A stretch of DNA of 64,000 bases. It comes from Candidatus Sulfomarinibacteraceae bacterium. Lineage in GTDB: Bacteria > Acidobacteriota > Thermoanaerobaculia > Thermoanaerobaculales > Sulfomarinibacteraceae. Shown here piece after piece: positions 49,465 to 61,749 of the stretch (position 1 is its first letter; each line of letters starts with the position of its first letter). The notes beneath the pieces are model-generated. The model was not told the DNA's origin. It searched no databases and worked only from the letters and a program-made list of their open reading frames with translations. The translations under genes were made by a program, and so were the position numbers. The stretch covers positions 992,001 through 1,056,000 of the forward strand of contig CAWCLO010000004.1 of NCBI GenBank assembly GCA_963796455.1. Direction: 5' to 3'.

Positions 49465-50121
49465 ATGGTTGCATACAAACGTCACATCGATACCAGTAAT
49501 ATTTCAGAACTCACGATTTCGCGGCTGTCGATCTATCTGCGCTGTGTCGACCAGTTGCTCGAGTCCGGAGTCGATACCGTCTCGAGCCAGGAACTGGCGG
49601 AACGCTTCAATCTCAATTCCGCGCAGATTCGCAAAGACCTCGCCTACTTCGGTGAGTTCGGCGTGCGCGGCGTGGGCTATAACGTCAGCGAGCTGAGACA
49701 GTATGTCGTCGAGATCCTCGGTCTCGACCGCGAACGCCGGTTGCTGATCGTCGGTGCCGGCAATCTCGGGAGCGCGCTCTGCCACTACTCGGGTTTTTCC
49801 GGCGGGAACTTCCTGGTGGTGGGGGTTCTCGATTCGGATCCAACGAGGATCGGTGATGCGACTCCGGCGGGGCTTTTGGTGGAAGACTCGGAGCGTTTGT
49901 CCGAAATCGTCGTGCAACGAAACGTCGAAATCGGTATCATCACCACACCGGCGGCCTCCGCCCAGGCGGTCTGCGATCAGATGGTTGAAGCGGGGCTGCG
50001 GACAATTCTCAACTTTGCGCCGGTTCGCGTGCGCGCCCCCGAGGGGGTTCTCGCCAAGACCGTCGACCTCAAGGTCTACCTGGAAGAACTGAGCTTCTTT
50101 CTGGCTCACGTCGAGGACTGA
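49465..50121 (+). CDS. rex: Redox-sensing transcriptional repressor Rex
   Basis: Motifs TISRLSIYLR, QIRKDLAYFGEFGVRGVGY, VGAGNLGSAL and ILNFAP. Confidence 0.95.
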   Translation: MVAYKRHIDTSNISELTISRLSIYLRCVDQLLESGVDTVSSQELAERFNLNSAQIRKDLAYFGEFGVRGVGYNVSELRQYVVEILGLDRERRLLIVGAGNLGSALCHYSGFSGGNFLVVGVLDSDPTRIGDATPAGLLVEDSERLSEIVVQRNVEIGIITTPAASAQAVCDQMVEAGLRTILNFAPVRVRAPEGVLAKTVDLKVYLEELSFFLAHVED

Positions 50122-50329
50122 AGCCGAAGGCGTGACCGATGGATCAGGATGTTTCGGGTCCGTGCGTTCCGGAAAAAGGTTGCAGAGTCTGGTCTACGTC
50201 TCCCGCCAATTCCGCCCGGCCGGCCGCTCGCGGTCGGATCCTCTCAACCCTTGATCTTTCACTTTCGCCCGACCCGATAGCTGCCTGCGGCCCTAGCTAA
50301 GATCAAACTGATCAGCTAAAGTACAACGG

Positions 50330-52033
50330 ATGGAGACGCCGGAAAAAATTGGTAAGTATGAGGTGATCGAGAAGATTGCCGTCGGCGGATTCGGCGTGAT
50401 CTTCAAGGGCTGGGACCCTTTTATCAAGCGCACCGTGGCGATCAAGATGTGCGCCACGCCCGACGACGAAGTGCGACAGCGCTTCCAGCAAGAGGCCGAA
50501 TTCGTCGGCAATCTCGTGCACCGCAACATCACGCTCGTATTCGATTACGGCGTCGAGGACGACGTGCCGTACATCGTTCAGGAGTTCCTCTCCGGCTACG
50601 ACCTCGATGAACTTCTCAAGGCGGGTGTGGTCGCCGACGAAAACACGATCGTTTCGATCCTGCTTCAGATCTGCGAAGGGCTGGAGTTCGCCCATGACAA
50701 AGGAATCGTTCACCGCGATATCAAACCGTCGAACATCCGCGTCCTCGAGGACGGCACCGTCAAGATCATGGATTTCGGGATCGCCAAATCGGTGCTGGCA
50801 TCGAGCAAACTGACCCAGACCGGCATTGCGCTCGGAACCGCCGGCTATCTTGCTCCAGAACAGATTCAGGGCAAACCGATCGACGCCCGCACCGATATCT
50901 TCGCCCTTGGGGTGGTCGCCTACGAGCTGGTAACCGGCATCAGGCCGTTCGAAAGCGCCACTCTCAGCAACGTCCTCTACAAGATCCTCAACGAAGAACC
51001 GGCCGATCCTTCCGACGTCGGCGGCCAATGTTCACAACAGCTCGAGACCATGATCCGGCGGACCATGGCCAAGGAGCCCGAGGACCGCTATCAGTCCACC
51101 AACGAGCTTCTCAACGATCTTCGCCAGGTCGCCCTCGAATCGGCGCCCGACGTCGGCAGCACCAAAGAGCTGACCACCGGAGTGATTCGGCGCGCCATGC
51201 AGGGAATGGACTCACGAGGCGAGGACAGCCAGGCGCCTACCGCCCGGGTCGCCACACCGCGATCCCAACAAACAAAACCGACGCCGCAGCCGAGTTCGCG
51301 GCCCACACCGCAGGCAACCAAGCTCCACCGGACGCCACAACCTGCCCAGGAAGACCGGGAGCGACGCAGCCTGGTCCCGGTTATTTTTCTGGTTCTTGTG
51401 GTTTTGTTGATCGGCGCCGGAGCCGCGCTGTATTTCTCGAAAGACGCCCAGGACCTCGTTTTTGGCGAGGCCGGCGCACCGTGGATTCCGACACCGACTG
51501 CAACACCGACGATGACCCCGACGCCGACCAGCACCGCACGTCCGACAACCACCCCAACCGCGACGCCGGAACCGAGCCCGACCTCCACTCCGTCGCCGGT
51601 CCAGGTCAGGTTGATCATTGACCCGCCTGCCCAGGTGACGGTGGATGGCCGCTCGCCACTTGGAACAGGACGCACGCCGGGAGGAACCATCAGGCTCTCT
51701 CCAGGAACCCACACCTTTACCTTGTCGCTCCCGGATTTCCCGAAACGGACCGTCAACAGAACGGTTCCGCCCGGAGGCGGCAAAATCATCCTGAACCTCG
51801 AAATCGGACAGCTGTCGGTTCTTGCCGAGCCGGGCGTGACCCCCACGGGTGGCGTCGTCTATCTCGACGGGAACGCACTCGGACCTGTTCCGCTGGTCCG
51901 AGCCAAGGTGCCGGCGGGCGAACATGAGTTGATCGTTCGATGGAATGGTGTGATGCCCTACAAAAAGACCATTGTTGTTCCACAACTTCCCAATCCGGGA
52001 ATTCGCATCGTGGCGATCCCACCGTCTGAATAG
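50330..52033 (+). CDS. Hanks-type Ser/Thr kinase with TM, Pro/Thr linker and PEGA-like domains
   Basis: Motifs VAIK, HRDIKPSN, DFG, GTAGYLAPE and DIFALG, then a TM segment and a PT-rich tract. Confidence 0.92.
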   Translation: METPEKIGKYEVIEKIAVGGFGVIFKGWDPFIKRTVAIKMCATPDDEVRQRFQQEAEFVGNLVHRNITLVFDYGVEDDVPYIVQEFLSGYDLDELLKAGVVADENTIVSILLQICEGLEFAHDKGIVHRDIKPSNIRVLEDGTVKIMDFGIAKSVLASSKLTQTGIALGTAGYLAPEQIQGKPIDARTDIFALGVVAYELVTGIRPFESATLSNVLYKILNEEPADPSDVGGQCSQQLETMIRRTMAKEPEDRYQSTNELLNDLRQVALESAPDVGSTKELTTGVIRRAMQGMDSRGEDSQAPTARVATPRSQQTKPTPQPSSRPTPQATKLHRTPQPAQEDRERRSLVPVIFLVLVVLLIGAGAALYFSKDAQDLVFGEAGAPWIPTPTATPTMTPTPTSTARPTTTPTATPEPSPTSTPSPVQVRLIIDPPAQVTVDGRSPLGTGRTPGGTIRLSPGTHTFTLSLPDFPKRTVNRTVPPGGGKIILNLEIGQLSVLAEPGVTPTGGVVYLDGNALGPVPLVRAKVPAGEHELIVRWNGVMPYKKTIVVPQLPNPGIRIVAIPPSE

Positions 52034-52110
52034 GATCAGCCTTCTCGGCTCGAGGTATAGGCGATTGACGTAACGTAGACCTCGCAGCCAAAACACGTTA
52101 CAGTTGGCCC

Positions 52111-53745
52111 ATGAAGATCGCAGCGATGCTTTTTCGTGTGTCTCTCCTGTTGGTACTTGTGGCGCTGCCGTTGCCGACGACCGCGCAGGACTCCACTCCA
52201 AGTGAAGAACTCGCCCTCGATGCCTATCGCGAAGGTGAAAACGGCCGCGCGGTGGAGCTTTATACGAAGGCTCTCACTGAGACCGAGGACCCGAACCACC
52301 GGGCGAGAATCCAGGTTCAGATTGCCTGGAACCTCTATGTTCTCGGGCGCGAAGGTGAGGTCACGACCCGCCTGCGAGCTGCGCTCATGGAAGACCCGAA
52401 CCTGACACCGATAGCCGACTACTATCCGCCGGATTTCATGGCTCTGTTCGAGCAGGCGCGGCGTAGCAACTTCGACAACAGCGGCGGCGGCACACCCCCG
52501 CCCGATCTCGAATCAACCATCGCCGCCATCAACGATCGGATCAGTACCGAGAGCGATCTCGAAGGCGCCATGGCCGACGTTGATCGTCTGCTTGACGTCT
52601 ATCCCCGCGATGGGCGGCTGATTCCTCTCAAGGCCCAGATCCTGCGTCAGCTCGGCCGCGAGGACGAAGCAAACAACCTCAGTCTTTCCCACGGCGCCGG
52701 AGCCGATGGCCTCGGTTATGTCAACGGCTACTCGGTTTCAGATCTGATCCTGCGCGCGAATCGCCTTCTCGATGCGGGCGACGCCACCACTGCTCTGCAG
52801 ACGGTGCGGCAGGCGGTTGCCCGGGCACCCAACAACCCCTATGCCCTGGAGTTGATGGCGGAAGCCGCCATGCAAACCGCCAGCTGGCAGGACGCGGAAT
52901 TTGCCCTCAAGAGCGCCTTGGGTCTGCAACCCGACAATATCGGGCTCAAGCTCCGGTTGGGCGAGGTCTATCTCGCCACATTTGAAGCATCGGCGGCGCG
53001 GGACGTTTTCAAATCACTGACGGAGACCTACCCGACCTCTGATCGGGCGTGGGCTTCGTTGGGGCTTCTCGAGGCGCGTCTTCAAAACAACGACCGCGCA
53101 CTGGATGCCCTCGGCAAGGCCCTGGTCGAGAACCCCATGCTCCCGGAAGTGCAGCTGGCGCACGGCGAGCTCCTGCTTCTCGGGGGTGATGTGGATGGCG
53201 CCATGGCGTCCCTGGAGGCAGCCGAAAAGCTGATTCCGAACGACCCTCAGATCGAAGCCCGGCTCGGTCAGGCGCTGCTTGCGAAGGGTCGTTACGAGGA
53301 GGCCCTCACCCATCTTCGCGCGGCTGTTGCAGCCGAAGTCACGAGCCCGGATGTTCAACGGTCGCTGGCGCTCGCCCTCGCAATGAATGATCGCTATGCG
53401 GAAAGCCAACGCCTGCTCGATGAGATCGTTGCCGACGAGAGCGGTGATCGACAGATCGTCCAGGGCTTTCTGCAGCTCCAACGAGCAGAATACCCACAGG
53501 CAGAGACGACCCTGAAAAACCTCGCCACTCAACGGCCGAATGATCCCCCATCGGTCAACATCCTTGCGGCCACGCTCTACCCGCAGTACCGCTTTGACGA
53601 GTCGGTAGCCCTTCTCAAACTGGCCCACGACCTGGAACCGGACCAGGAAACCATCGAGAAGAATCTGCAACGGGCTCAAGCCGCTCGCTCGGCCGAGCTG
53701 CTTGCTCAGAACGCACGCGACGTCAAACCGATCGTCAAGAAATAG
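52111..53745 (+). CDS. Secreted tetratricopeptide repeat protein
   Basis: Signal peptide and multiple TPR units. Confidence 0.8.
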   Translation: MKIAAMLFRVSLLLVLVALPLPTTAQDSTPSEELALDAYREGENGRAVELYTKALTETEDPNHRARIQVQIAWNLYVLGREGEVTTRLRAALMEDPNLTPIADYYPPDFMALFEQARRSNFDNSGGGTPPPDLESTIAAINDRISTESDLEGAMADVDRLLDVYPRDGRLIPLKAQILRQLGREDEANNLSLSHGAGADGLGYVNGYSVSDLILRANRLLDAGDATTALQTVRQAVARAPNNPYALELMAEAAMQTASWQDAEFALKSALGLQPDNIGLKLRLGEVYLATFEASAARDVFKSLTETYPTSDRAWASLGLLEARLQNNDRALDALGKALVENPMLPEVQLAHGELLLLGGDVDGAMASLEAAEKLIPNDPQIEARLGQALLAKGRYEEALTHLRAAVAAEVTSPDVQRSLALALAMNDRYAESQRLLDEIVADESGDRQIVQGFLQLQRAEYPQAETTLKNLATQRPNDPPSVNILAATLYPQYRFDESVALLKLAHDLEPDQETIEKNLQRAQAARSAELLAQNARDVKPIVKK

Positions 53746-54915
53746 TCAGCCAACCGTCTCGAGAAACGAAAACAGCTCCTCAGCCACCTGCCGGGGACGG
53801 TGAGATGTCTCGTAGCACGCGCGAGCCGATCGACGGCGGGCGGTCCAGCCATCGCGGTTAACGGCGATCTCTGCAAGCAATCGGGCCAGATCCGCCGATG
53901 CCGACGGACCCGGGGTGATCCGTGGCGCTGCCGTCTCCGGCCACTCGAGGAACTGGTGCAGCCCGACTACTGCCACCGGCGTGCCGCATGAGAGGAATCG
54001 CACCACAGCAGCCGAGGTCTCACCCGCTGAAGGCGTCCGCAGTACGACACCCACATCGGCACCAGCCGGCACGCGGATGAAGTCATCGAGACCGAGGAAA
54101 CCTGTGCTCTGAACCCGGTCACCGATACCGACCGCCTCAGCCGCAATCAGGATCTCATCGAGACCATCCCCCTGCCCGACCAGGATCAATCGCGCGGGCA
54201 CGCCCGAACGGACGGCCGCTGCCAAACCGGTGAGAACCTCGCGAAGGCCTTTTTCGGGAGTCAAGAACCCGAGGTGCATGATCACGACATCATCCGCCTG
54301 CGCGCCGATGAGGGAACGCTGCGCCTCGCGGTCGATGGGTCCGGGATCGAGTGCCGGGAGGTTGATTTGACGACTCTGCACAGAGGGAAACTCGGTCTGT
54401 ATGATCGAGTCGGCCCAACGTGAATGCACGACCGCGAAACGGGCACGCTCCAAAAAATGCGATCGGGCGGGAAAGAGGAACGGGTCCCTTGGTCCACTCA
54501 AACCATAGGATCGGGCATGCGCCAGAACAGCCCCTGCGTCACCGTGGGCCGCAACGAGATGACGCTGCAAATCCTCCCCTGCCCCTGCCGCCATGGTGGT
54601 TTCGACCAGTAAATGGTGGAGCACCAGATCGTGCAGCACCACGACTGCAAGTGGATCGTCGATTCGATCCAGAAGCCAACTGTGATGCAAATTGTTGCCG
54701 AGATGGATCAGGCTGATCTCGTCAGCTTCAGGTCGTGTGTCCGTCGCCACGACCTCGACCGATTGCCCGAGGCTCCAATCGGAATGAACTTCCCATGAGG
54801 GTGGCGCGACCACTCGGATCCGTGCCCTCGTGGCGAGTTCGGTCAGAAGCTCGACGGCGTAGTCGCTCACGCCCGACCTGATCGGAGGCAACGGCGATGC
54901 CCAGAGGATCTTCAC
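53746..54915 (-). CDS. Glycosyltransferase (GT4-like)
   Basis: Motifs SPLPPIRSGVSDY, HLGNNLHH, VVLHDLVLHH, GFLTPEKG and GETSA. Confidence 0.85.
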   Translation of the reverse strand: MKILWASPLPPIRSGVSDYAVELLTELATRARIRVVAPPSWEVHSDWSLGQSVEVVATDTRPEADEISLIHLGNNLHHSWLLDRIDDPLAVVVLHDLVLHHLLVETTMAAGAGEDLQRHLVAAHGDAGAVLAHARSYGLSGPRDPFLFPARSHFLERARFAVVHSRWADSIIQTEFPSVQSRQINLPALDPGPIDREAQRSLIGAQADDVVIMHLGFLTPEKGLREVLTGLAAAVRSGVPARLILVGQGDGLDEILIAAEAVGIGDRVQSTGFLGLDDFIRVPAGADVGVVLRTPSAGETSAAVVRFLSCGTPVAVVGLHQFLEWPETAAPRITPGPSASADLARLLAEIAVNRDGWTARRRSARACYETSHRPRQVAEELFSFLETVG

Positions 54916-54998
54916 ACGCCAACGTTAGCAGGGATTCTCCTATTTTCAGCTTCGTTTGATATGGAGGAAAACCGCGGCGACACAGGACCAGTAGCGTT

Positions 54999-55876
<878 letters not shown>

Positions 55877-55970
55877 GGGCGAGCTCAATCGATCGGCGCT
55901 GCCCGAGATGGTCTGCGGCCGAAATAGGGCCGATCCGGCGAAGGTGGCTCACTCCGGTTAAGATGAGGTG

Positions 55971-56252
55971 GTGAAAGTCACTCGCTTCCTCCTGATCGTC
56001 GTCTACATCGGCTACCTGGTCAACGTCGGTCTCTTCCTGATGATGGTGCCGTGGTCTCGTGCCTGGGGGGCCTTGGTGACCCAGTTGCCGGCCTCCGCTT
56101 CAGTTCTCTTCGATCTTCCCTGGTTCCGGGGCCTGTTGTCGGCTTTTGGCGTCCTCCACCTGCTCCTCGTCGTCTGGGAACTGATGCACCCGACCCTCCT
56201 GACACCGCCCGAGCCATCACAGCTCGAATCTCAGAACCTGCATCAATCTTGA
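55971..56252 (+). CDS. Small hypothetical membrane protein
   Basis: Two TM segments (VGLFLMMVPW..W; RGLLSAFGVLHL). Confidence 0.65.
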   Translation: MKVTRFLLIVVYIGYLVNVGLFLMMVPWSRAWGALVTQLPASASVLFDLPWFRGLLSAFGVLHLLLVVWELMHPTLLTPPEPSQLESQNLHQS

Positions 56253-56283
56253 TTTGTGGCATTTAGGGTCGTACACTGCGCAA

Positions 56284-56652
56284 GTGGGGCGCCGGGTTCT
56301 TATCGTTGACGATGAGCCGTACATACGGCGAATCTTGTCATTCAAACTTCGTCGGGAAGGTTTTGCGACGCTCGAAGCCGCCTCGGCTGAAGCCGCCGAA
56401 GAAATCCTCGGTGAGCACGATATCGATCTCGTTCTGCTCGACGTCGGTCTTGCGACCCCGACCAACGGCTTCGATCTCGCGGCCGGCCTCCGCCGAAATG
56501 CGAAGACTCAACACCTGCCCGTGATCATGCTGACGGCCCGCGGGTTTGCTTCGGACGTGCTTCGTGGAAGAGAGGTCGGAGCCGCCGGTTACATCACCAA
56601 ACCCTTCACGGCGGAAGAGGTCATTCGGCGCGTACGGGCTCTTCTCGGTTGA
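56284..56652 (+). CDS. Single-domain response regulator
   Basis: Motifs LIVDDE, LLDVGL, IMLTA and YITKPF. Confidence 0.9.
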   Translation: MGRRVLIVDDEPYIRRILSFKLRREGFATLEAASAEAAEEILGEHDIDLVLLDVGLATPTNGFDLAAGLRRNAKTQHLPVIMLTARGFASDVLRGREVGAAGYITKPFTAEEVIRRVRALLG

Positions 56653-56677
56653 CGTCGTAGACCTCGCCGCGTAGGCT
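56649..56677 (+). promoter_or_regulatory. Putative sigma70 promoter of ileS
   Basis: TTGACG-17 nt-TAGGCT, with SD GGAGG before ATG 56701. Confidence 0.6.
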
Positions 56678-56700
56678 CACATCCCGGAGGCCGCGACCAG

Positions 56701-59527
56701 ATGTACCGAAAAACACTGAACCTACCCAAGACGAGCTTTGCCATGCGTGCCCAGCTGCCGCAGCGGGAACCGGCAATGCTCAAACAGTGGCAGAAAATGG
56801 ATCTGTATGGAAAGATCCGCAAAGCGCGCGCGGGCGCGCCACGGTTCATTCTCCACGACGGACCTCCCTATGCCAACGGCTCGATTCACGTTGGAACGGC
56901 TCTCAACAAGATTCTCAAGGACATCGTCGTCAAATCCCGCTCCATGCTCGGGTACGACAGCCCCTATGTTCCGGGTTGGGATTGCCACGGTCTGCCCATC
57001 GAGCACAAGGTCGATAAGGACCTGGGAGCCAAAAAGCTCGAGATGAGCATCCCGTCGATTCGGGGCGCCTGCCGAAAGTATGCCGAGAAGTACTTCAAGC
57101 TGCAACGCAAGGAATTCGTTCGCTTGGGTGTTCTCGGGCGCTGGGAAGATCCTTACCTGACCATGGATCATCTCTATGAGGCGGAGATTGCCGCCGCGCT
57201 GCACGGATTCATGCTCGCCGGCTATGTGGAACGAGGGCTGAAACCCGTTCACTGGTGCTCCGAGTGCCGTACTGCCCTGGCCGAAGCTGAGGTTGAATAC
57301 CACGACCATTCGAGCCCCTCGATCACCGTTGCCTTCGAGCTCTCAGATGATGCCCGCAAATGCCTGGATCTGGAACAGGACGAGGCGGTGGCCGCGCTGA
57401 TCTGGACCACCACTCCATGGACCCTGCCTGCAAACCTCGCGATCGCCCTGCATCCGGATTTCGAGTATCAGCTGGTGCGCGCCGAGGGCCGGTTGTGGAT
57501 CGTTGCTGCCGAGCTCTTGCAAACAAACGCCGAAGCTGCCGGGTGGGGCGAAACAGAAATCGTGTCGACATTCAAGGGCGCTGCCCTCGAAGGCACCCAC
57601 TATCACCACCCCTTTGCCGACCGCGAAGGAGTCTTTCCTCATCGCACCCTACGTGACCCTGGAGCAGGGAACCGGTCTCGTTCACACGGCTCCCGGTCAT
57701 GGTGCCGAAGATTACGTGATCGGCACCCAATACGGTCTCGAGCCTTATGCGCCGGTGGATGACGACGGGCGCTTCACCGATGAGGTTCCCGATTGGGCAG
57801 GCATGCACGTGCACGAGGCCAACCAACCGATCGTCGAACGACTACGCGAACTCGGTGTGCTGGTGGCCTACAGCGAGATCGAACACTCCTATCCGCACTG
57901 CTGGCGATCGAAGAACCCGGTGATTTTCCGCGCCACCAACCAGTGGTTTATCCGGATGGATCGCCACGACCTCCGTGAAAGGGCCCGGGCGGGCGTCGAT
58001 GAGGCCGTCTGGTTGCCAAAATGGGGCAAAGCGCGGATCGACGGCATGGTGGAGAACCGTCCCGATTGGTGTATCTCGCGGCAGCGTATGTGGGGCGTGC
58101 CCATCGCCGTCCTGACCTGCGAATCGTGCGGAGCCGCCACCATCGACGAATCTGTCTTCGATCACATCCGCAAAGTCTTTGTCGCAGAGGGCTCCGACGC
58201 CTGGTATACCCGCGAGGCCAGCGAGTTGCTGCCGCCCGGTTATACCTGCGCCGATTGCGGAGCCACGTCGTTCAAAAAAGAAAATGACATTCTCGATGTC
58301 TGGTTCGACTCCGGTGTCAGCCACCTCGCGGTTCTCGACACCGATCGATACGAATTGAACTGGCCCGCCGATCTCTATCTCGAAGGTCAGGATCAATACC
58401 GCGGCTGGTTCCAGTCCTCGCTGGTGGCCTCGATCGGTCTCAAGGGCTCACCGCCCTACCGCCAGGTCGTGACCCACGGGTTCGTGGTCGATGCCGATGG
58501 CCACAAGATGTCGAAGTCACTCGGCAATGTGGTCACCCCGGAGGAACTGCTCAAAACCTACGGAGCCGACATTCTCCGACTCTGGGTGGCGATGGTTGAT
58601 TTCCGCGAGGATATCCGGATCTCCGACGAGATCATGGCTCGAAACGCAGAAGCCTATCGAAAGATGCGCAACACCCTGCGCTTCCTGCTCGGCAATCTGA
58701 AGGATTTTGAACCCGAGCGGGACGCGGTGGCTGAAAGCGAGCTGCGGGGCATCGACGCCTATTTGCTCCGGGCGGCCCGTCGGCTGTCGGAGGATGTCTC
58801 AAAGGCCTATCAGGAATTCGAACACTCCGCGCTGGCCCACCGTATCGTCAACTTCTGCACGATCGAGCTGTCGAACCTCTATCTGGATATCAACAAGGAC
58901 CGCCTCTATTGTGATTACCCCGAGGACACCGACCGGCGCGCAACCCAGACGGTAATATTCCGGGTGGCCGAGATCCTCGCCACTCTTTTGGCGCCCGTTC
59001 TCTCCTTCACGGCCGAAGAGGTCTGGCAGATGCTTCCCGGAGCGCGAGAAGAATCGGTTCATCTCGCAACCTTTGCCGAACCGGTCGCGGCTGTGCCGGA
59101 AACGGCCGCGGCCGACGAAAGGATCTCACGCCTCCTGAAGTTGCGAGAGACCGTTCTGGTCGCTTTGGAGGAACTGCGTCAGGCCGGATCCATCGGCAAG
59201 GCGGAAGAGGCCGGGGTACTGCTCGCCGGCGACACCGTCCTGCTGGAAGAAGATCTCGAGGCGACGGGTGTCGATCTCGCGCGGTTGCTGATTGTCTCGA
59301 AATGTGAGAATGACGCCCGGGCGACCGACGGTTTGGGAGTTCAGGAGTATCCCGGGCTCCAGCTTGTGGTGGAGCCCTATGAGGCCGCCACCTGCAGCCG
59401 GTGCTGGCGAAGATTCGACACACTGGTCGAAGACGACGATCTTCCCGATCTTTGCCCGCGCTGCCACGACGTGGTGGGCCGGCTCCTGGCTGAAGGTCGG
59501 GCCGAACTCCGTGAGGCGAAAAGCTGA
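56701..59527 (+). CDS. ileS: Isoleucine-tRNA ligase (one apparent frameshift near 57635)
   Basis: Motifs [54 protein letters not shown] and a C-terminal CSRCW..CPRC. Confidence 0.95.
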
Positions 59528-60033
59528 TGCGAAGCGTTTTGCCCTGGATCGCCGCTGCCCTGGTGGTCTTTTTCGACCGTATCACCAAGGGCATGATCAT
59601 GTCCCATCTCGCACCCGGTGCGTGGCACGAGGTCATGCCGGGATTCGCCCTGACCCACGTCCACAACCGTGGCATCGCATTCAGCCTCTTCGCCAACAGC
59701 GGCAACCTGACTCGCGTCTTGCTCCATCTGGTGATCTTCACATCGGTGGTGATCATCGCCGCAATGCTGGTGCGCCACGCTCATCACAGCCGGGTCGCCG
59801 GGCTTGCCTTTGGGCTGATTCTGGGTGGGGCCGTAGGAAACCTCATCGATCGGGTCCTCTATGGATGGGTGGTGGACTTCCTCCATATCTGGGTGAGGAT
59901 CAGCGGCCGCACCTTCGCCTGGCCGGATTTCAATGTCGCCGACGCCTCGATTTCGGTCGGCGCGATCCTGCTGATCATCAACGAGTTCCGAGGTTATCGT
60001 TTGGACGCGAAGCATGCACCCGATACTGATTGA
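59527..60033 (+). CDS. lspA: Lipoprotein signal peptidase II
   Basis: Motifs DRITK, NRGIAFS, GGAVGNLIDR, VVDF and FNVAD. Confidence 0.95.
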   Translation: MRSVLPWIAAALVVFFDRITKGMIMSHLAPGAWHEVMPGFALTHVHNRGIAFSLFANSGNLTRVLLHLVIFTSVVIIAAMLVRHAHHSRVAGLAFGLILGGAVGNLIDRVLYGWVVDFLHIWVRISGRTFAWPDFNVADASISVGAILLIINEFRGYRLDAKHAPDTD

Positions 60034-60793
60034 TTTCGGCCCCTTCGAACTCCCAACCTATGGGTTGCTGCTCGCCACCGGAGTCATCGTTGCCCTGTGG
60101 ACCCTGCGACGCAGGGCCGATGCGGCCGGTATGGACGGCATCCGGCTGGTGGATTTCGCCCTGTGGTTGGTGATCTGGGCGCTCCTCGGTTCCAAGTTGC
60201 TTTTGGTGCTCATCGAGCTTCCCCGCTATCTCTCCAATCCGGCTCAGTTGATCCCGGTCCTTCGAGCAGGGGGCGTTTTCCTCGGAGGATTCATCGCGGC
60301 GGTCATCGCGGCCTTTGTCCTGCTTCGTCGCTACAAGCTCTCCTTCCTTCCTTCCGCCGATGTGATCGCGCCATCGCTCGCCCTCGGGTCAGCGATCGGC
60401 CGACTTGCCTGTTTGATGGCGGGCTGTTGCTGGGGCGGCCGTTGTGATCTGCCGTGGGCCATCACCTATACCAGCGAAATCGCGGCCGAACGTCTGGGAA
60501 CTCCCCTCCACATACCGCTCCATCCATTCCCGATCTACGCCGTCCTCTTCAATTTCGCTCTCTTTCTGATCCTGGCTTTCATCTTCAAAAAGCCCCACGC
60601 CGACGGGCGCGTCTTTGCCTGGTACCTTGTCCTGTACGGTGTTGGGCGCTTCCTCTTCGAATACACCCGGGGTGATCAGGCTCGCGGCTTCGTCCTCGAC
60701 GGTTTTCTGTCAACCAGCCAACTGATCTCGGTCTTCATGATTTTGATCGGCATCAGTCTGCATTTCTGGATCAGCCGGAGAAAGGCCACGTGA
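60014..60793 (+). CDS. lgt: Prolipoprotein diacylglyceryl transferase
   Basis: Motifs TYG, GRLACLMAGCCWG, HP..IY, RFLFEYTRGD and STSQ. Confidence 0.92.
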   Translation: MHPILIDFGPFELPTYGLLLATGVIVALWTLRRRADAAGMDGIRLVDFALWLVIWALLGSKLLLVLIELPRYLSNPAQLIPVLRAGGVFLGGFIAAVIAAFVLLRRYKLSFLPSADVIAPSLALGSAIGRLACLMAGCCWGGRCDLPWAITYTSEIAAERLGTPLHIPLHPFPIYAVLFNFALFLILAFIFKKPHADGRVFAWYLVLYGVGRFLFEYTRGDQARGFVLDGFLSTSQLISVFMILIGISLHFWISRRKAT

Positions 60794-61740
60794 GTACCCG
60801 GCACCGATTCCTGGTGCCGGATGATCTCGAAGGATCGCGACTCGATCGATGCCTGGCGGCACTGCAAACCGATTGGACGCGGTCACGAGCCCGGAAGTTG
60901 ATCGACGGAGGCTTTGTTCTTCTCGGCGACTCGACCGTCAAGGCCTCAACAGTGGTCCATGCCGGAGACGAGATCACTGTCGACGAACCCGACCCGCAGC
61001 CCCTCGACGCCGCGCCCGAGGACATCCCGCTCGACATTCTCTATGAAGACTCCGAGCTGTTGATTCTGAACAAACCCACGGGGATGGTCATTCACCCGGC
61101 CGCGGGCAACCCCAGCGGGACCCTCGTCAACGCCCTGCTGCATCACTGCAGCGATCTGTCCGGGATCGGCGGCGTCGAACGACCGGGAATCGTGCACCGT
61201 CTCGACAAGGACACAACAGGGCTGCTGATCGTGGCCAAGACCGATCGCGCACATCTCAATTTGTCCATCGCCTTTCGCCAACGCAAGGTCCACAAGACCT
61301 ACCTTGGAGTCTGTTACGGCACGCCTGAGTCCACGGGTGTGATCGACGCACCGATCGACCGCAATCCTCGCGAACGGCAACAGATGGCCGTCGTGTCTTC
61401 GGGGCGCCCTGCACGCACACTTTATGAGGTGATCTCGACGAACACCGGAATGGCAACGGTGGCGTGCAAACCGATCTCGGGTCGGACCCACCAGATTCGC
61501 GTCCATATGGCGCATATCGGCCATGCCCTGGTCGGCGATGCCCTCTACTCCGGACGCCAGTGGCGGAATCTCTCCGATCCCACTATCCAGGCGGCGTGCC
61601 GATCCTTCCCCCGCCAGGCTCTCCACGCCTGGCGGATCGGATTCACCCACCCGGTGAGTGGTGACGATGTTGAGTTCGAGGCACCGGTGCCCGATGATCT
61701 CCGCCGGCTCATCGAGATCCTCAGACTGAGTCTGCCCTGA
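60790..61740 (+). CDS. rluD: RluA/RluD-family pseudouridine synthase
   Basis: S4 domain plus NKPTGMVIHP, RPGIVHRLDKDTTG, GRTHQIRVH and QALHA. Confidence 0.92.
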   Translation: MSTRHRFLVPDDLEGSRLDRCLAALQTDWTRSRARKLIDGGFVLLGDSTVKASTVVHAGDEITVDEPDPQPLDAAPEDIPLDILYEDSELLILNKPTGMVIHPAAGNPSGTLVNALLHHCSDLSGIGGVERPGIVHRLDKDTTGLLIVAKTDRAHLNLSIAFRQRKVHKTYLGVCYGTPESTGVIDAPIDRNPRERQQMAVVSSGRPARTLYEVISTNTGMATVACKPISGRTHQIRVHMAHIGHALVGDALYSGRQWRNLSDPTIQAACRSFPRQALHAWRIGFTHPVSGDDVEFEAPVPDDLRRLIEILRLSLP

Positions 61741-61749
61741 CCGAGCCGC

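Noticed and set aside
57600..57660. Programmed frameshift in ileS
   Set aside because: There is no clear slippery heptamer or stimulator, and a one-base homopolymer error fits the pattern seen elsewhere.
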